Shown: positions 38,285-47,760 of the stretch, piece after piece
Position numbering within the stretch: the first letter of the stretch is position 1
Layout: the number at the start of each line of letters is the position of its first letter
NCBI GenBank assembly: GCA_038816475.1
Contig: JAWBAI010000002.1
Span: 32,001-96,000, forward strand
Source of the DNA: Desulfurococcaceae archaeon
Lineage (GTDB): Archaea > Thermoproteota > Thermoprotei_A > Sulfolobales > Desulfurococcaceae
Length of the DNA stretch: 64,000 bases
Direction of reading: 5' to 3'
Made by a program: the position numbers and the translations under genes
Notes under the pieces: generated by a model
What the model saw: the letters and a program-made list of their open reading frames with translations, nothing else
The model's database searches: none
What the model was told of the DNA's origin: nothing

Positions 38285-40042
38285 TTATTCATGCGCAAAA
38301 ACTAGTACTATTTCCTCGGGTTTTACCGCATCCACTCTTGCAAAGCCTATTCTGTACAGCTGAACGATTGAATCTACTCTTTCACTGGTAATCCTGCTCT
38401 CAGCGTAAAGTACCTTTTCGCGTAGATCTAATTCACTAGGCACCAACAGCCTCACTCTTACGTTTTCACCGTGAGGAACCCACTGAATTATGGGGGCGTC
38501 AAGTTTCTTTGCTTCCTCTTGAGTTACACTATGAAGCTCGGCTACATATACAGGAGTATTATTATGCTCCGATAATCCCGATACGACAAAGTTCGCTAGA
38601 CCCATCAACCTAAACACTTTGTTCCTAACATCAAGAAGGTCTCTCTGCGAAATGTAGACTAGAGCTCCGTTTTCGACTACGTACTTATGGTGATCTTTTC
38701 TAGAGGGGTGAATGGGGATGTGTGCTTCTAGCGGAGATTCTATGTTCTTCAAGAGAAGTAGAACAGGGTTTTCAACCGCCATGTACCTGTTCGCCACCGG
38801 GTCTACTTTTGCTCTGTTTATCGCGTAGAGGTTGACAAGGCTTATTCTAGCATCTATCGGTTTAACGCCCACGTTCTTCACAAGCTCCCAAATGGTTTCT
38901 CTAACAATACCACGACGCCTTAACCCCTGAATAGTGCCCAATCTCGGGTCGGAGTAAGAGACTATGCCTTTTTCCGAAATAAGTTTCCTGGTTTTCGATT
39001 TGCTTAGTATAATACCCTCCAGCGAGAGCCTGCCAAAATGCAGTGTTTCAGGGTACTTCCAGCCCATGTGGTCGTAGAGGTACTTCTGCTTAATGGTGTT
39101 GGTAAGATGCTCTCTGGCTCTGAGGATATGGGTAACTCCCATTAGATGATCATCAACAGCTGCGGCGTAGTTGTACGTAGGCCACACGATGTATTTTTCC
39201 CCGGTGATCGGATGAGGCGTTTTCGAGGTATCAATGATTCTAAATGCAACCCAGTCTCGTACGCTTATATCAGGATGCTGGAGATCAGTTTTAACTCTAA
39301 CAACAGCTTCACCTTCACTGTACTTTCCTTCAAGCATTTTATCGAACTCCTCGAGCTGATCCTCTACGGACCTGTTCCTGTGAGGACAAGCTTTACCTGA
39401 ATTTCTGTGGATTTTGAACTCCTTGTTACTGCATAAGTCCACGTAAGCTCCTCCACGTTGAATAAGCTCCTTAGCTACACTATAGAAGACCTCTAGTCTA
39501 AGACTCTGAATGTACTCCTCGTCCCACTTTACTCCTAGCCACTTCAGGTCATCTTTAATAGATTCATATGAATCCGGGTATGGAGCCTTAGTCCTTGGAT
39601 CAGTATCTTCGAATCTTAGTATCATTTTCCCTTTGTAAGCTTGAGCGTACCAGTAGCTTAGGAGCGCTGGCCTTGCGTTTCCGAGGTGTAGGGAGAAATC
39701 TGGGTTTGGAGCTAATCTTGTAACGACTTTGCCTTCAACAGCGTTTGGAAGCGGTGGAAGCTCTTTCTTGAACTCCGAGGGCTTCTCCTCTAAAACCTCT
39801 GGCCAGTTGGACTTTACGATTGCTATCTGCTCCTCTAGAGATAGCTTGTTCACCTCTTCAACTACGTTCTTTATTACCTCAATGTATACTCGCATTTCTC
39901 TTCTTATCTCAGGAAGCTCTGCTGCTACCTTTGATGATACTGCTTTAAGATCCGCTTTTCCAGCGTGCTTTATGGCGTTCACTAGCGCATGCTTAAAGGC
40001 AACTTCACGGACTTTTTCTAACAGTGATTTCTCTGAGTTCAC
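38285..40042 (-). CDS. gltX: Glutamate--tRNA ligase
   Basis: TRLAPNPD..LHLGN, LRFEDTDP, DDHLMGVTHILR, LSKS; GTG start at 40042. Confidence 0.93.
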   Translation of the reverse strand: MNSEKSLLEKVREVAFKHALVNAIKHAGKADLKAVSSKVAAELPEIRREMRVYIEVIKNVVEEVNKLSLEEQIAIVKSNWPEVLEEKPSEFKKELPPLPNAVEGKVVTRLAPNPDFSLHLGNARPALLSYWYAQAYKGKMILRFEDTDPRTKAPYPDSYESIKDDLKWLGVKWDEEYIQSLRLEVFYSVAKELIQRGGAYVDLCSNKEFKIHRNSGKACPHRNRSVEDQLEEFDKMLEGKYSEGEAVVRVKTDLQHPDISVRDWVAFRIIDTSKTPHPITGEKYIVWPTYNYAAAVDDHLMGVTHILRAREHLTNTIKQKYLYDHMGWKYPETLHFGRLSLEGIILSKSKTRKLISEKGIVSYSDPRLGTIQGLRRRGIVRETIWELVKNVGVKPIDARISLVNLYAINRAKVDPVANRYMAVENPVLLLLKNIESPLEAHIPIHPSRKDHHKYVVENGALVYISQRDLLDVRNKVFRLMGLANFVVSGLSEHNNTPVYVAELHSVTQEEAKKLDAPIIQWVPHGENVRVRLLVPSELDLREKVLYAESRITSERVDSIVQLYRIGFARVDAVKPEEIVLVFAHE

Positions 40043-40511
40043 CTGGAACCACCACGAGTACGACTTTCCTGGGAGATTCCCACACCATGTCAACCACGAA
40101 CACTACTGCACCTTCGCAACGTGAGAACACGTTTCTGACCTCCATTTTGCTCGTGACAACATATGCCACTTTCTCGTTCATTTTAACTTCATCACCTTCC
40201 GTTTTTAGGATGTAAACAAAGCTACCTACTATTTCCTGTAGGCAGAGTTTTGTATTTTTCTCTACGAAATAACCCTTGTAGACGTCAACTGCTGGATCCT
40301 CTCGCACTATTACAACCGTTCGCTTCAATACGGCCTCGAGCAGGTCTACAGAGTTTAGGATCTGCTCATATGGTATTAAGCCAAATAGTCTTTCACAGTT
40401 CATAGTGTCGTCTTTAACTACTATGAACTCTCCTCTGGTATAACACAAATACCTGTTGCTTTTCTCGTCTTCTACGAAGACAGAGTAGAAAACATACTCG
40501 CTACTCTTCAT
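40005..40511 (-). CDS. DUF2118-like protein (lipoyl/biotinyl-hybrid-like barrel)
   Basis: EGDEV...EKVAYVVTSK.EVRN..S..EG.VVFV pattern. Confidence 0.6.
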   Translation of the reverse strand: MKSSEYVFYSVFVEDEKSNRYLCYTRGEFIVVKDDTMNCERLFGLIPYEQILNSVDLLEAVLKRTVVIVREDPAVDVYKGYFVEKNTKLCLQEIVGSFVYILKTEGDEVKMNEKVAYVVTSKMEVRNVFSRCEGAVVFVVDMVWESPRKVVLVVVPGELREITVRKSP

Positions 40512-41637
40512 GTCTACACCTTAGCTCTTTGATGTAGAGTGGAACATCTATACCTCTTGTTACGAGAAAGCTTGCTATTGTTGGACCAAGCATTATAGGT
40601 GTTTTGCAGAGCTTATCTACGCTTTGGGCTCCTACAAGAAACATGACTATCCTTAGCTCAGAGACGTAGTTTTCAACGTATTTAACAGCGCTGTTGAATC
40701 CACCTTCTAAAAGTGCTTTAAGCAAAGGTCTTGCAAAACCAACCATATTCGCGCCTAGCGCCAGCGACTTGGCTGCTTTAATACCATCCCAAATCCCGCC
40801 ACTCGCGATTACAAGTGAACTTCTGCTTGCAAATCGTGTTTCCACTATCGAGATAGGTGTTGGTAACCCCCACCACTCACTGTGTAGTTTAACTCCTAGC
40901 TGGTGATTGAACGTGTTTTCAGGGCATCTCTGTGCTTCCACTTTAACCCAGCTTGTACCACATGCACCTGCTACGTCGAAGATCCTTATGCCAAGCTTTG
41001 AGAACAATGAAACTACTTCCATCGAGAGACCGTGACCAACCTCCTTAACTATGACCGGTTTGCTCATGCTCTTAAGAAGCGTTGAGAGCCTTTCCAGTAG
41101 TTTCTCGCTGAAGTCTGTGTCTCCTTCGGGTTGAACAACTTCTTGCGCGGGGTTTAAGTGCACCGCGAGCGCATCTGCACCAGTAACTTCGATCGCATGG
41201 ATAATGTCGTTCAAGTCCAATTCTAGAAGCTGAGCAATACCTATATTGCCTATAACAGGGACATCACTGGCTATGTCTCTTACAACTCTGTATGTTTCTA
41301 GAATACTGGAGTTGAATTTCGATGTGATAATCGGTCTCTGGCTCCCAAGTCCAACAGCTATTTTGAACTTACTGGCTATTTTAGCAATGTTTTCATTTAT
41401 TGTTTTAGCCTCCTGTACACCTCCTGTCATCGCCTCTATGATTATGGGAGCTTCCAAATCGTAGTTTAAGAACCTCGTTTTTAGATCAACATCACTGAGT
41501 TTTAAACCTGGAAAAGCCCTGTGAACAAGGCGTATTTCTGAGAAAAGAGGATTGCATCTTTCTTCGTATGTGACATCGTCTCTAAGGCTTATTCTTATGT
41601 GCTGCGCTTTTCTATTTTGAATATCCTCTAGAGTCAA
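40501..41637 (-). CDS. fni: Type 2 isopentenyl-diphosphate isomerase
   Basis: RKAQHI, AMTGG, GSQR, HLNPAQE, KEVG.G, GTSW, ASGG. Confidence 0.94.
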   Translation of the reverse strand: MTLEDIQNRKAQHIRISLRDDVTYEERCNPLFSEIRLVHRAFPGLKLSDVDLKTRFLNYDLEAPIIIEAMTGGVQEAKTINENIAKIASKFKIAVGLGSQRPIITSKFNSSILETYRVVRDIASDVPVIGNIGIAQLLELDLNDIIHAIEVTGADALAVHLNPAQEVVQPEGDTDFSEKLLERLSTLLKSMSKPVIVKEVGHGLSMEVVSLFSKLGIRIFDVAGACGTSWVKVEAQRCPENTFNHQLGVKLHSEWWGLPTPISIVETRFASRSSLVIASGGIWDGIKAAKSLALGANMVGFARPLLKALLEGGFNSAVKYVENYVSELRIVMFLVGAQSVDKLCKTPIMLGPTIASFLVTRGIDVPLYIKELRCRHEE

Positions 41638-41662
41638 TAAGCAAGCACCATTGTTAAAAGTA

Positions 41663-42523
41663 CTATTCGATAAAAAACTTTATACTCGCATACCCTACTA
41701 CGGCTGATTTACCCCCCTGAACATCGCCACTAGTAGCGTGCTTGAGTAGTATCGCTTTTCCCCCCATGATCCTCGCTATCTCCATGAGAACCATTATTCC
41801 TCCAGGACCACATATGCTGATATCGCGCTGTATCATAGTATTGTAGAATCCCTCGAGGTCGAGGTTTAATATTCTGTTAATGGCGTCCATATCCTTATCC
41901 ACCGTTACATCGTGTGGTTCATAGTGATTGAAGTCGCTACTCGCTAGGAATACAGTATCCCTGCTCAGTTCTCTCGTAGCCGATATCAAGGCCTTTGCTA
42001 AGTCTCTGGCTACCTCCGGCGAGTGGATGCCCATAACTATGGGTAGAATCTGGAATTGCTTGTCCTTGTAGATGTACTGAAGGAAAGGTAATTGAACTTC
42101 TATAGAATGCTCCTCCAGATGAGCGTACGTGTCCAGGTCTGCTAGTTCACTAGCCTCAACAACCTTCTTTCCGAGCTCTTCATCAACCTTTATAGAGCCT
42201 AGAGGCGTTTCCCACACACCACCAGGGTATACGGAAACGGGTTTTCCGTACCCTGTGTGATTAGTGCCGATGATCACGATGGTTTCAGGAACCCCGTGTG
42301 TGACCATATCGTAGTATGCATGTGCTGCAACAGGACCGCTATACATGTAGCCTGCGTGTGGTACGACATAACCAATTGTGGTTTTATCTCTAGCGAGTGA
42401 AAGCTTAGGCATGCTTCCTGGACCTATTCTGTGCTTGAAGGACCACTCTATGATCTCAACAAGCCTATCTCTGTTACTCGGGTAGAAGTATCCAGCAACC
42501 ACAGGTTTTCTAACGTACCGCAA
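41663..42523 (-). CDS. MEMO1 family protein (AmmeMemoRadiSam B)
   Basis: AGYFYP, PHAGYMYSG, EHSIEVQLPFLQ, SSDFNHY, CG, VVGYAS. Confidence 0.92.
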   Translation of the reverse strand: MRYVRKPVVAGYFYPSNRDRLVEIIEWSFKHRIGPGSMPKLSLARDKTTIGYVVPHAGYMYSGPVAAHAYYDMVTHGVPETIVIIGTNHTGYGKPVSVYPGGVWETPLGSIKVDEELGKKVVEASELADLDTYAHLEEHSIEVQLPFLQYIYKDKQFQILPIVMGIHSPEVARDLAKALISATRELSRDTVFLASSDFNHYEPHDVTVDKDMDAINRILNLDLEGFYNTMIQRDISICGPGGIMVLMEIARIMGGKAILLKHATSGDVQGGKSAVVGYASIKFFIE

Positions 42524-42756
42524 CAGTCATCACCACATTTGATTGAACAACCCTATCGCAAAACACCGTATCTCAGTATACTAGTGCAACGCTTTATACC
42601 TTGAACTAGTTAAGTATGCAAGGTTTAACCACGTAGTTTGCAAGAACCGCGGACTAGTCTATGGTGATCATCCGAAGTCCTTAATAGGATGTAAAACGTG
42701 TTGTAGGCTTGTTTTAGTTCTGCTGTGGTGTTATAAAGAATAAGCTATGAAAATGG

Positions 42757-43386
42757 CTATATCTGGGTTTCGAACTCGCTGACTGGTTCAGGTAGTTCTC
42801 CGTCCTGAGGTATTATACCTCGCTCTCTGAGTATTTGCCTCGTCAGTATCCAGTATAGAATCGCCAAGCTCTTTCTTCCTTTGTTATTCGCCGGGATAAC
42901 GAGGTCTACGAATTCTGTTCTATTATCCGTATCAGCAAAAGCAACAACCGGAATACCCATTTCAGCTGCTTCCTTTAAAGCTTGTGAGTCCGCTCTAGGG
43001 TCCGTTAGTAGGACAACATCAGCCTCGAAGTAGGTTTTTAAAGAGGGGTTAGTGAACGATCCTGGTAGAAACCTTCCGACAAATGCTCTGCAGTTAAGAT
43101 ACTGACACATTTTCTCAACAGGCTTTTTACCGTAGAGTCTGACAGAGACTACTGCAATACGCGTTGGGTCAAAGCGCGCCAGGAATTTACCAGCTATTCT
43201 TAGTCTCTCGTCTATTTTCTTTATGTCTAGTATGTAAACACCGTCTGATCTAACCTTGTAGACGAATCCTTCCATGAACTTTGTGCATATGTGCGTCCCG
43301 ATGTGAACTCCAGCAGATAGGTACTTGTCTATTGGAACGAGGAGCTCTATAACTCCCACTTGTGGTTTCTCCTCCACTGTGATCAA
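42757..43386 (-). CDS. rps2: 30S ribosomal protein uS2
   Basis: [31 protein letters not shown]. Confidence 0.96.
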   Translation of the reverse strand: MITVEEKPQVGVIELLVPIDKYLSAGVHIGTHICTKFMEGFVYKVRSDGVYILDIKKIDERLRIAGKFLARFDPTRIAVVSVRLYGKKPVEKMCQYLNCRAFVGRFLPGSFTNPSLKTYFEADVVLLTDPRADSQALKEAAEMGIPVVAFADTDNRTEFVDLVIPANNKGRKSLAILYWILTRQILRERGIIPQDGELPEPVSEFETQI

Positions 43387-43389
43387 CCC

Positions 43390-43590
43390 CTAGGATATCT
43401 TCGGGAAGTAAAGAATCTCATCAGCCGTTTCTACGTGAGATAGGAACATTCTTCTGCAGCAGTATCTTTTGACACCTAGTGAATCGAGAACCTTAGCTGG
43501 ATGTTCTCCCTGTTTAACTCTCTTGATGTACTCTTCCCAGAGATGCCCTATTGGAGCACCGCACGTGAAGCATCTAACTGGAAACATCAT
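43390..43590 (-). CDS. rpo10: RNA polymerase subunit Rpo10 (N)
   Basis: PVRCFTCG, RYCCRRM. Confidence 0.96.
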   Translation of the reverse strand: MMFPVRCFTCGAPIGHLWEEYIKRVKQGEHPAKVLDSLGVKRYCCRRMFLSHVETADEILYFPKIS

Positions 43591-43595
43591 GGAGA

Positions 43596-44033
43596 TCACC
43601 TGTAGCTTTTCTGCCATCTTCTTCTAGCACTGTAACGACCCCATTTCTCTGGCTCTGTTTGCCTAGGATCTCCACTCAGCATTGTTCTATCATACTCCTT
43701 GAAGATTCTTTCTAAACTCTCTCTGAACTCACTAAAGTACTCTACAAGCCCTCTCGCTATGGCTATTCTACAAGCTTCCGCTTGGCTTATAACACCTCCT
43801 CCTCTCACATTAACCTTTATATCAACGAGCTTAGCCAGGTTCCCCACTAGATGCAGTGGTTCAGCTATTTTCTCCCTAGCCATTTCAACCGGGTATATCT
43901 CCAGTGGTACACCATTTATCCAGACTCTGCCTTCACCGGGTTTAATAACAGCTCGTGCAATGCTTGTTTTCCTCTTTCCTGATGCTACCACTATCTTAAA
44001 TGCTGCCTTAGCTTCTTCTGCTCTTTGACTCAC
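43596..44033 (-). CDS. rps9: 30S ribosomal protein uS9
   Basis: GKRKTSIARA, GGG, ARRRWQKSYR. Confidence 0.96.
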   Translation of the reverse strand: MSQRAEEAKAAFKIVVASGKRKTSIARAVIKPGEGRVWINGVPLEIYPVEMAREKIAEPLHLVGNLAKLVDIKVNVRGGGVISQAEACRIAIARGLVEYFSEFRESLERIFKEYDRTMLSGDPRQTEPEKWGRYSARRRWQKSYR

Positions 44034-44491
44034 GTTCCAGCACCCTTCCAACCCATGGCTTTTGCTAGCTCCTCTAATGTTGTAAACTCACCTGAAAGCC
44101 TAGTGTACATGGCTTCTGGGAACTTAATAAAGCTTTTGTTCTGTAGTTCTTTTGGTGTTCCCACGTAGACTCTAAGCCTCTTAAACGCCTCTCTTCCATG
44201 CGGTTTATCTACTGGTAACATCCCTCTAACAGCACGCTTAAAGATGTTCGCTGGGCTTCGAGGTCTGCGAATACCTGATCTTTCTAAATTCGTGTGCACT
44301 TTTACTTTGAACAGTAGCTTGTAACCCTCTATAACTCTTTGCTTTTTACCGCTTAGAACAGCCTTCTCGATGTTCACAACGTATATTCTGTAGCCCTCCA
44401 GCAACTTTTTGGCAACGATACTTGCTAGTCGACCAAGTATTTGCCCTTCCGCATCTACGTAAAGAACATTCTCAGCTGTGTTTTTACTCAT
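44030..44491 (-). CDS. rpl13: 50S ribosomal protein uL13
   Basis: ILGRLAS.VAK, RAVRGMLP. Confidence 0.95.
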   Translation of the reverse strand: MSKNTAENVLYVDAEGQILGRLASIVAKKLLEGYRIYVVNIEKAVLSGKKQRVIEGYKLLFKVKVHTNLERSGIRRPRSPANIFKRAVRGMLPVDKPHGREAFKRLRVYVGTPKELQNKSFIKFPEAMYTRLSGEFTTLEELAKAMGWKGAGT

Positions 44492-44496
44492 ATTCT

Positions 44497-44862
44497 TCAC
44501 CCGATAATCTTCACGTTTGAACCATCGGGTTTTTCCTTTAGTAGCTCAAATATGCTAATAGCTCTTCCACCAGCTCGATGTATTTTTTCCAAAGCTGACT
44601 TCGAGAACGATAAGGCTGCAACAACAACCTCGTGGTCCAGTTCTCCCGATCCTAGAACCTTACCTGGAACTACCACCCAGTCTCCTGGCTGAGTATACCT
44701 GTTAATCCTGCTGATGTTAACAGCTCTTCTTCTTGACGGCTTCATCAGCTCCTCCATAACAGCTCTCCATATGTTTGCATTGTACTTTCTGTAGTGCTCG
44801 TTCAAGGTTTCCAGCAGTAGCCTGAGAACAATGTTTGTTTTCTTTTCTACAAATGCAGTCAT
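44497..44862 (-). CDS. rpl18e: 50S ribosomal protein eL18
   Basis: VNISRINRY, VVPGKVLGSG, FSKSA.EKI. Confidence 0.95.
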   Translation of the reverse strand: MTAFVEKKTNIVLRLLLETLNEHYRKYNANIWRAVMEELMKPSRRRAVNISRINRYTQPGDWVVVPGKVLGSGELDHEVVVAALSFSKSALEKIHRAGGRAISIFELLKEKPDGSNVKIIG

Positions 44863-45695
44863 TGAATTACACCCATGCTTTTCAGCTTCTCTTCTAACTC
44901 GTTAAGCTTGTTAGTTAGAATGTCAGCGGCACTAACTATGATACTTTTCAAGCTGAGAGCACCTGTTAGCTCAAAAGTTAAAATGTATTCATCTTCGCGG
45001 TTCAAAACCTTTAAGGCTTTGCTCTCACATACGTTCTCGCACAGTTTACATAGAGAGCAGTCGTAGATCTTCACAGTATCTGCAATCGCCTTGTTATCAA
45101 CTAGCTTGAGAACAGATCTAGGGCAGGCATCAACGCACTTACCGCAACCATTGCAGAGCTCTTCTCTTATATGTATATCAGCTACGTACTTGTGTGCTGC
45201 AACCGTTACTGGGCTCCACTTGGCATGTTCCTTCCCTCTTCCAAGCCTAGCGAAAGCTTCTAGCTTAACTCTTTGGCCTTTGATAAGCTTCAGAATAGGT
45301 ATGTTCTTGTAGACGGGTATCACATCCGTGTCGCTTGGAACAAGATCACCGCTGTACACCGTGAGCTCTCCTTTGCTGGGTCCTTCAACCTCTAGATCAA
45401 ACTTCGCGAAACAATCTGGTGAAAATATTCTTCTTTCACCTGCTTCTGCACACTCCTCAGGTGGTTTGTACTTTAGGTGCGCGTTTTCGCTTGTTAACGG
45501 TATTAAACCGAGCCTGTGCGCAATGTACTCGTCATAGAAAACGCTTGAGTTCTCGATAAAAATCACGTAGTCGATTGCCATAGTTGGAACTTCGCTCATA
45601 GCTGCTCTTCTAATAGAGTTTATGAGGTGTAATGGTGCTCCCTTAACGTGTAGTTTAATTGAGTTTGACGTTTGCTCAAGTACCGTGATCTTCAA
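44859..45695 (-). CDS. rpo3: RNA polymerase subunit Rpo3 (D) with ferredoxin-like domain
   Basis: NSIRR, AHRLGLIP, G.GKEHAKWSP; CNGCGKCVDACP and CSLCKLCENVC. Confidence 0.95.
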   Translation of the reverse strand: MKITVLEQTSNSIKLHVKGAPLHLINSIRRAAMSEVPTMAIDYVIFIENSSVFYDEYIAHRLGLIPLTSENAHLKYKPPEECAEAGERRIFSPDCFAKFDLEVEGPSKGELTVYSGDLVPSDTDVIPVYKNIPILKLIKGQRVKLEAFARLGRGKEHAKWSPVTVAAHKYVADIHIREELCNGCGKCVDACPRSVLKLVDNKAIADTVKIYDCSLCKLCENVCESKALKVLNREDEYILTFELTGALSLKSIIVSAADILTNKLNELEEKLKSMGVIQ

Positions 45696-45711
45696 CGCTA
45701 ATCCACCAAAC

Positions 45712-46113
45712 CTACAGCCTTTTACCTCTTCTACCTCCAGGACGCCTTGTTGTATCATGCGGTATTGGTGTTACGTCTTCTATTCTACCTATGATGAAGC
45801 CTGAGCGTGCTAGAGCTCTGATAGCAGCTTGAGCACCAGGACCCGGCGTTTTTGGTCCATGTCCACCAGGAGCTCTTACTTTAATATGCAATGCTACAAT
45901 GCCTTTCTCCATGACTTCTACAGCAGCTTTCGAAGCAGCTAGCATGGCAGCATACGGACTTGGTTTTTCACGATCAGCTTTTACCACTCTACCACCACTC
46001 CAGATACTGACGGTCTCGGCGCCTGAGAGATCTGTTATATGTATGATCGTGTTGTTGGAGCTACTGTATACGTGGGCAATTCCCCACTTGAGTTCTCTCA
46101 TCGAGAAAGACAT
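45712..46113 (-). CDS. rps11: 30S ribosomal protein uS11
   Basis: [25 protein letters not shown]. Confidence 0.97.
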   Translation of the reverse strand: MSFSMRELKWGIAHVYSSSNNTIIHITDLSGAETVSIWSGGRVVKADREKPSPYAAMLAASKAAVEVMEKGIVALHIKVRAPGGHGPKTPGPGAQAAIRALARSGFIIGRIEDVTPIPHDTTRRPGGRRGKRL

Positions 46114-46136
46114 CTAATCACCACCTGGGATCAAGC

Positions 46137-46652
46137 TTAGCTAGTACTTGTTGCCTGTTCCACTGCTTTAGCAAGTGGGCTCTTGTAGTAGAATTCTATG
46201 AGAGGCTCCTCATCGACCGACACTAGGTACCCGGGTGACCTGATCCTTCGACCAGAGATTGCTATATGTCCGTGAACTATTAGTTGCCGTGCCTCGTAAA
46301 TGGACCTTGCAAGCCCCTTTCGATAAACTATTGTTTGCAGTCTTCTCTCCAGGAGATCTTCAACCCTCAGGTTAAGCACGTCATCGAGCTTAGCTCCTTC
46401 CTTCAGGAGTCCAAGCTTGATCAGCCTGCCGATCAGCGCTTTTTCTTCAACCTCTCTTACATCTGGTGGAGCTGCAAGTAGTGCACGCGCTCTGTGCCTG
46501 AAGTATCTTACGATTGTCATCGCCTTCCAGAGCTCTCTCTTGTTTCTAAGACCATAAAGTCCCAGTAGTTTTGACTCTTCCAAGAGTATGTCTTTGCGCC
46601 ATGGATGCCTAGGTCCAACCCAGGTTCTTCTAGACTTCTTGGGATCACCCAT
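46137..46652 (-). CDS. rps4: 30S ribosomal protein uS4
   Basis: [31 protein letters not shown]. Confidence 0.97.
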   Translation of the reverse strand: MGDPKKSRRTWVGPRHPWRKDILLEESKLLGLYGLRNKRELWKAMTIVRYFRHRARALLAAPPDVREVEEKALIGRLIKLGLLKEGAKLDDVLNLRVEDLLERRLQTIVYRKGLARSIYEARQLIVHGHIAISGRRIRSPGYLVSVDEEPLIEFYYKSPLAKAVEQATSTS

Positions 46653-46665
46653 GCTCACGCATCAC

Positions 46666-47157
46666 CTACTTCTGCTTCTGCTGCTGTTGTGCTGTTTTCT
46701 TCTTTCTAACACCCACGGTAACTCCCAACCTACCGGTTGTTCTAGTTCTTTGACCTCTAACCTTAAGACCTAGCGCGTGTCTAATACCACGCCAGCTTTT
46801 TATCCTCTTTTCTCTCTCAATATCCTCTTTTACGTAGAATAATAGCTGTGCACCATAAAGGTGAATGTCCTCTCCTGACGTGATGTCTTTTCTTCTATTG
46901 TACATCCAGGCTGGAATATTGTATTCGTGTGGGTTTTTAACAACCGCTTCTATAGCTTTTACTTCGTCGTCGGTTAAGTAGCCCAGCTTCATTTGAGGAT
47001 CTAAGTTGAGAACTCTACATACGGCTAAAGCGTAGTTGTAGCCAACGCCTTTAACGGTTGATAGACCGTAGGCTAGCGGTAGCATTCCATCCACGTCAGT
47101 CTCAAGTATTCTTATAATACGGCGAAAAACTCTGGACACGCTATTCACCGTAAGCAC
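46666..47157 (-). CDS. rps13: 30S ribosomal protein uS13
   Basis: SWRGIRH..GLKVRGQRTRTTGR. Confidence 0.96.
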   Translation of the reverse strand: MLTVNSVSRVFRRIIRILETDVDGMLPLAYGLSTVKGVGYNYALAVCRVLNLDPQMKLGYLTDDEVKAIEAVVKNPHEYNIPAWMYNRRKDITSGEDIHLYGAQLLFYVKEDIEREKRIKSWRGIRHALGLKVRGQRTRTTGRLGVTVGVRKKKTAQQQQKQK

Positions 47158-47244
47158 ACATCAACTATTATGGTCAAGCACTTTTAAAAACATAGTAGCT
47201 TTTAAAGGTTAACTCTACCGGAACCATATAAATCGCTAGGCAAA

Positions 47245-47330
47245 CGCCGGGGGCGGGATTCGAACCCGCGCGGGGGTCAACCCCCACTGGCTCTCCAGGC
47301 CAGCCCCTTAGACCGCTCGGGCACCCCGGC
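47245..47330 (-). tRNA. tRNA-Ser(GGA)
   Basis: GCCGGGG acceptor stem, CUGGC-CUGGAGA-GCCAG anticodon arm, long variable arm GGGGG-UUGA-CCCCC, G discriminator. Confidence 0.95.
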
Positions 47331-47383
47331 TCAAAAATAGTTTTCGTATTGCTAGGTTTAAAATCTTCTTGATTCTCTCGCGT

Positions 47384-47695
47384 TTACAGCTCCATCTCAA
47401 TCCATACTTCTGGTGGCACTCGTAGCCTGATCAGTTGTTTCATAACTCTCTCATCCTCTGCTATGTAGAGTAGTCTTTTGTGAATCCTCATCTCCCACTT
47501 TTCGTACTTCTTCTTACCTTCACCGTGGGGTAACTTCAGTGTTCTTATGGTGAGTCTCTTTGTGGGTAGTGGTATAGGTCCGCTTACCTTAACACCGCTT
47601 TTCTTTGCTATATCGATCATTTTAGAGACAAAGTCCTCTAGAACTTTAACATTAGTGCTCCAGACCTTTATCTTGACCATTCGAATAGTAGACAT
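47384..47695 (-). CDS. rps10: 30S ribosomal protein uS10
   Basis: GPIPLPT, WEMRIHKRL. Confidence 0.96.
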   Translation of the reverse strand: MSTIRMVKIKVWSTNVKVLEDFVSKMIDIAKKSGVKVSGPIPLPTKRLTIRTLKLPHGEGKKKYEKWEMRIHKRLLYIAEDERVMKQLIRLRVPPEVWIEMEL

Positions 47696-47760
47696 ACTCG
47701 AACACGCTGAGTACCATAACGTGTTGCTCCATGGCTACTTTACTGTGGTTATCATACCGT

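Noticed and set aside
42540-42756. ~215-bp gap between uS2 and MEMO1 with a small CATCC/GGATG inverted repeat
   Set aside because: No complete C/D boxes, tRNA fold or ORF; consistent with terminator plus promoter.
45025-45155. Two CxxCxxCxxxC motifs in Rpo3
   Set aside because: Known ferredoxin-like Fe-S domain of many archaeal Rpo3 subunits.
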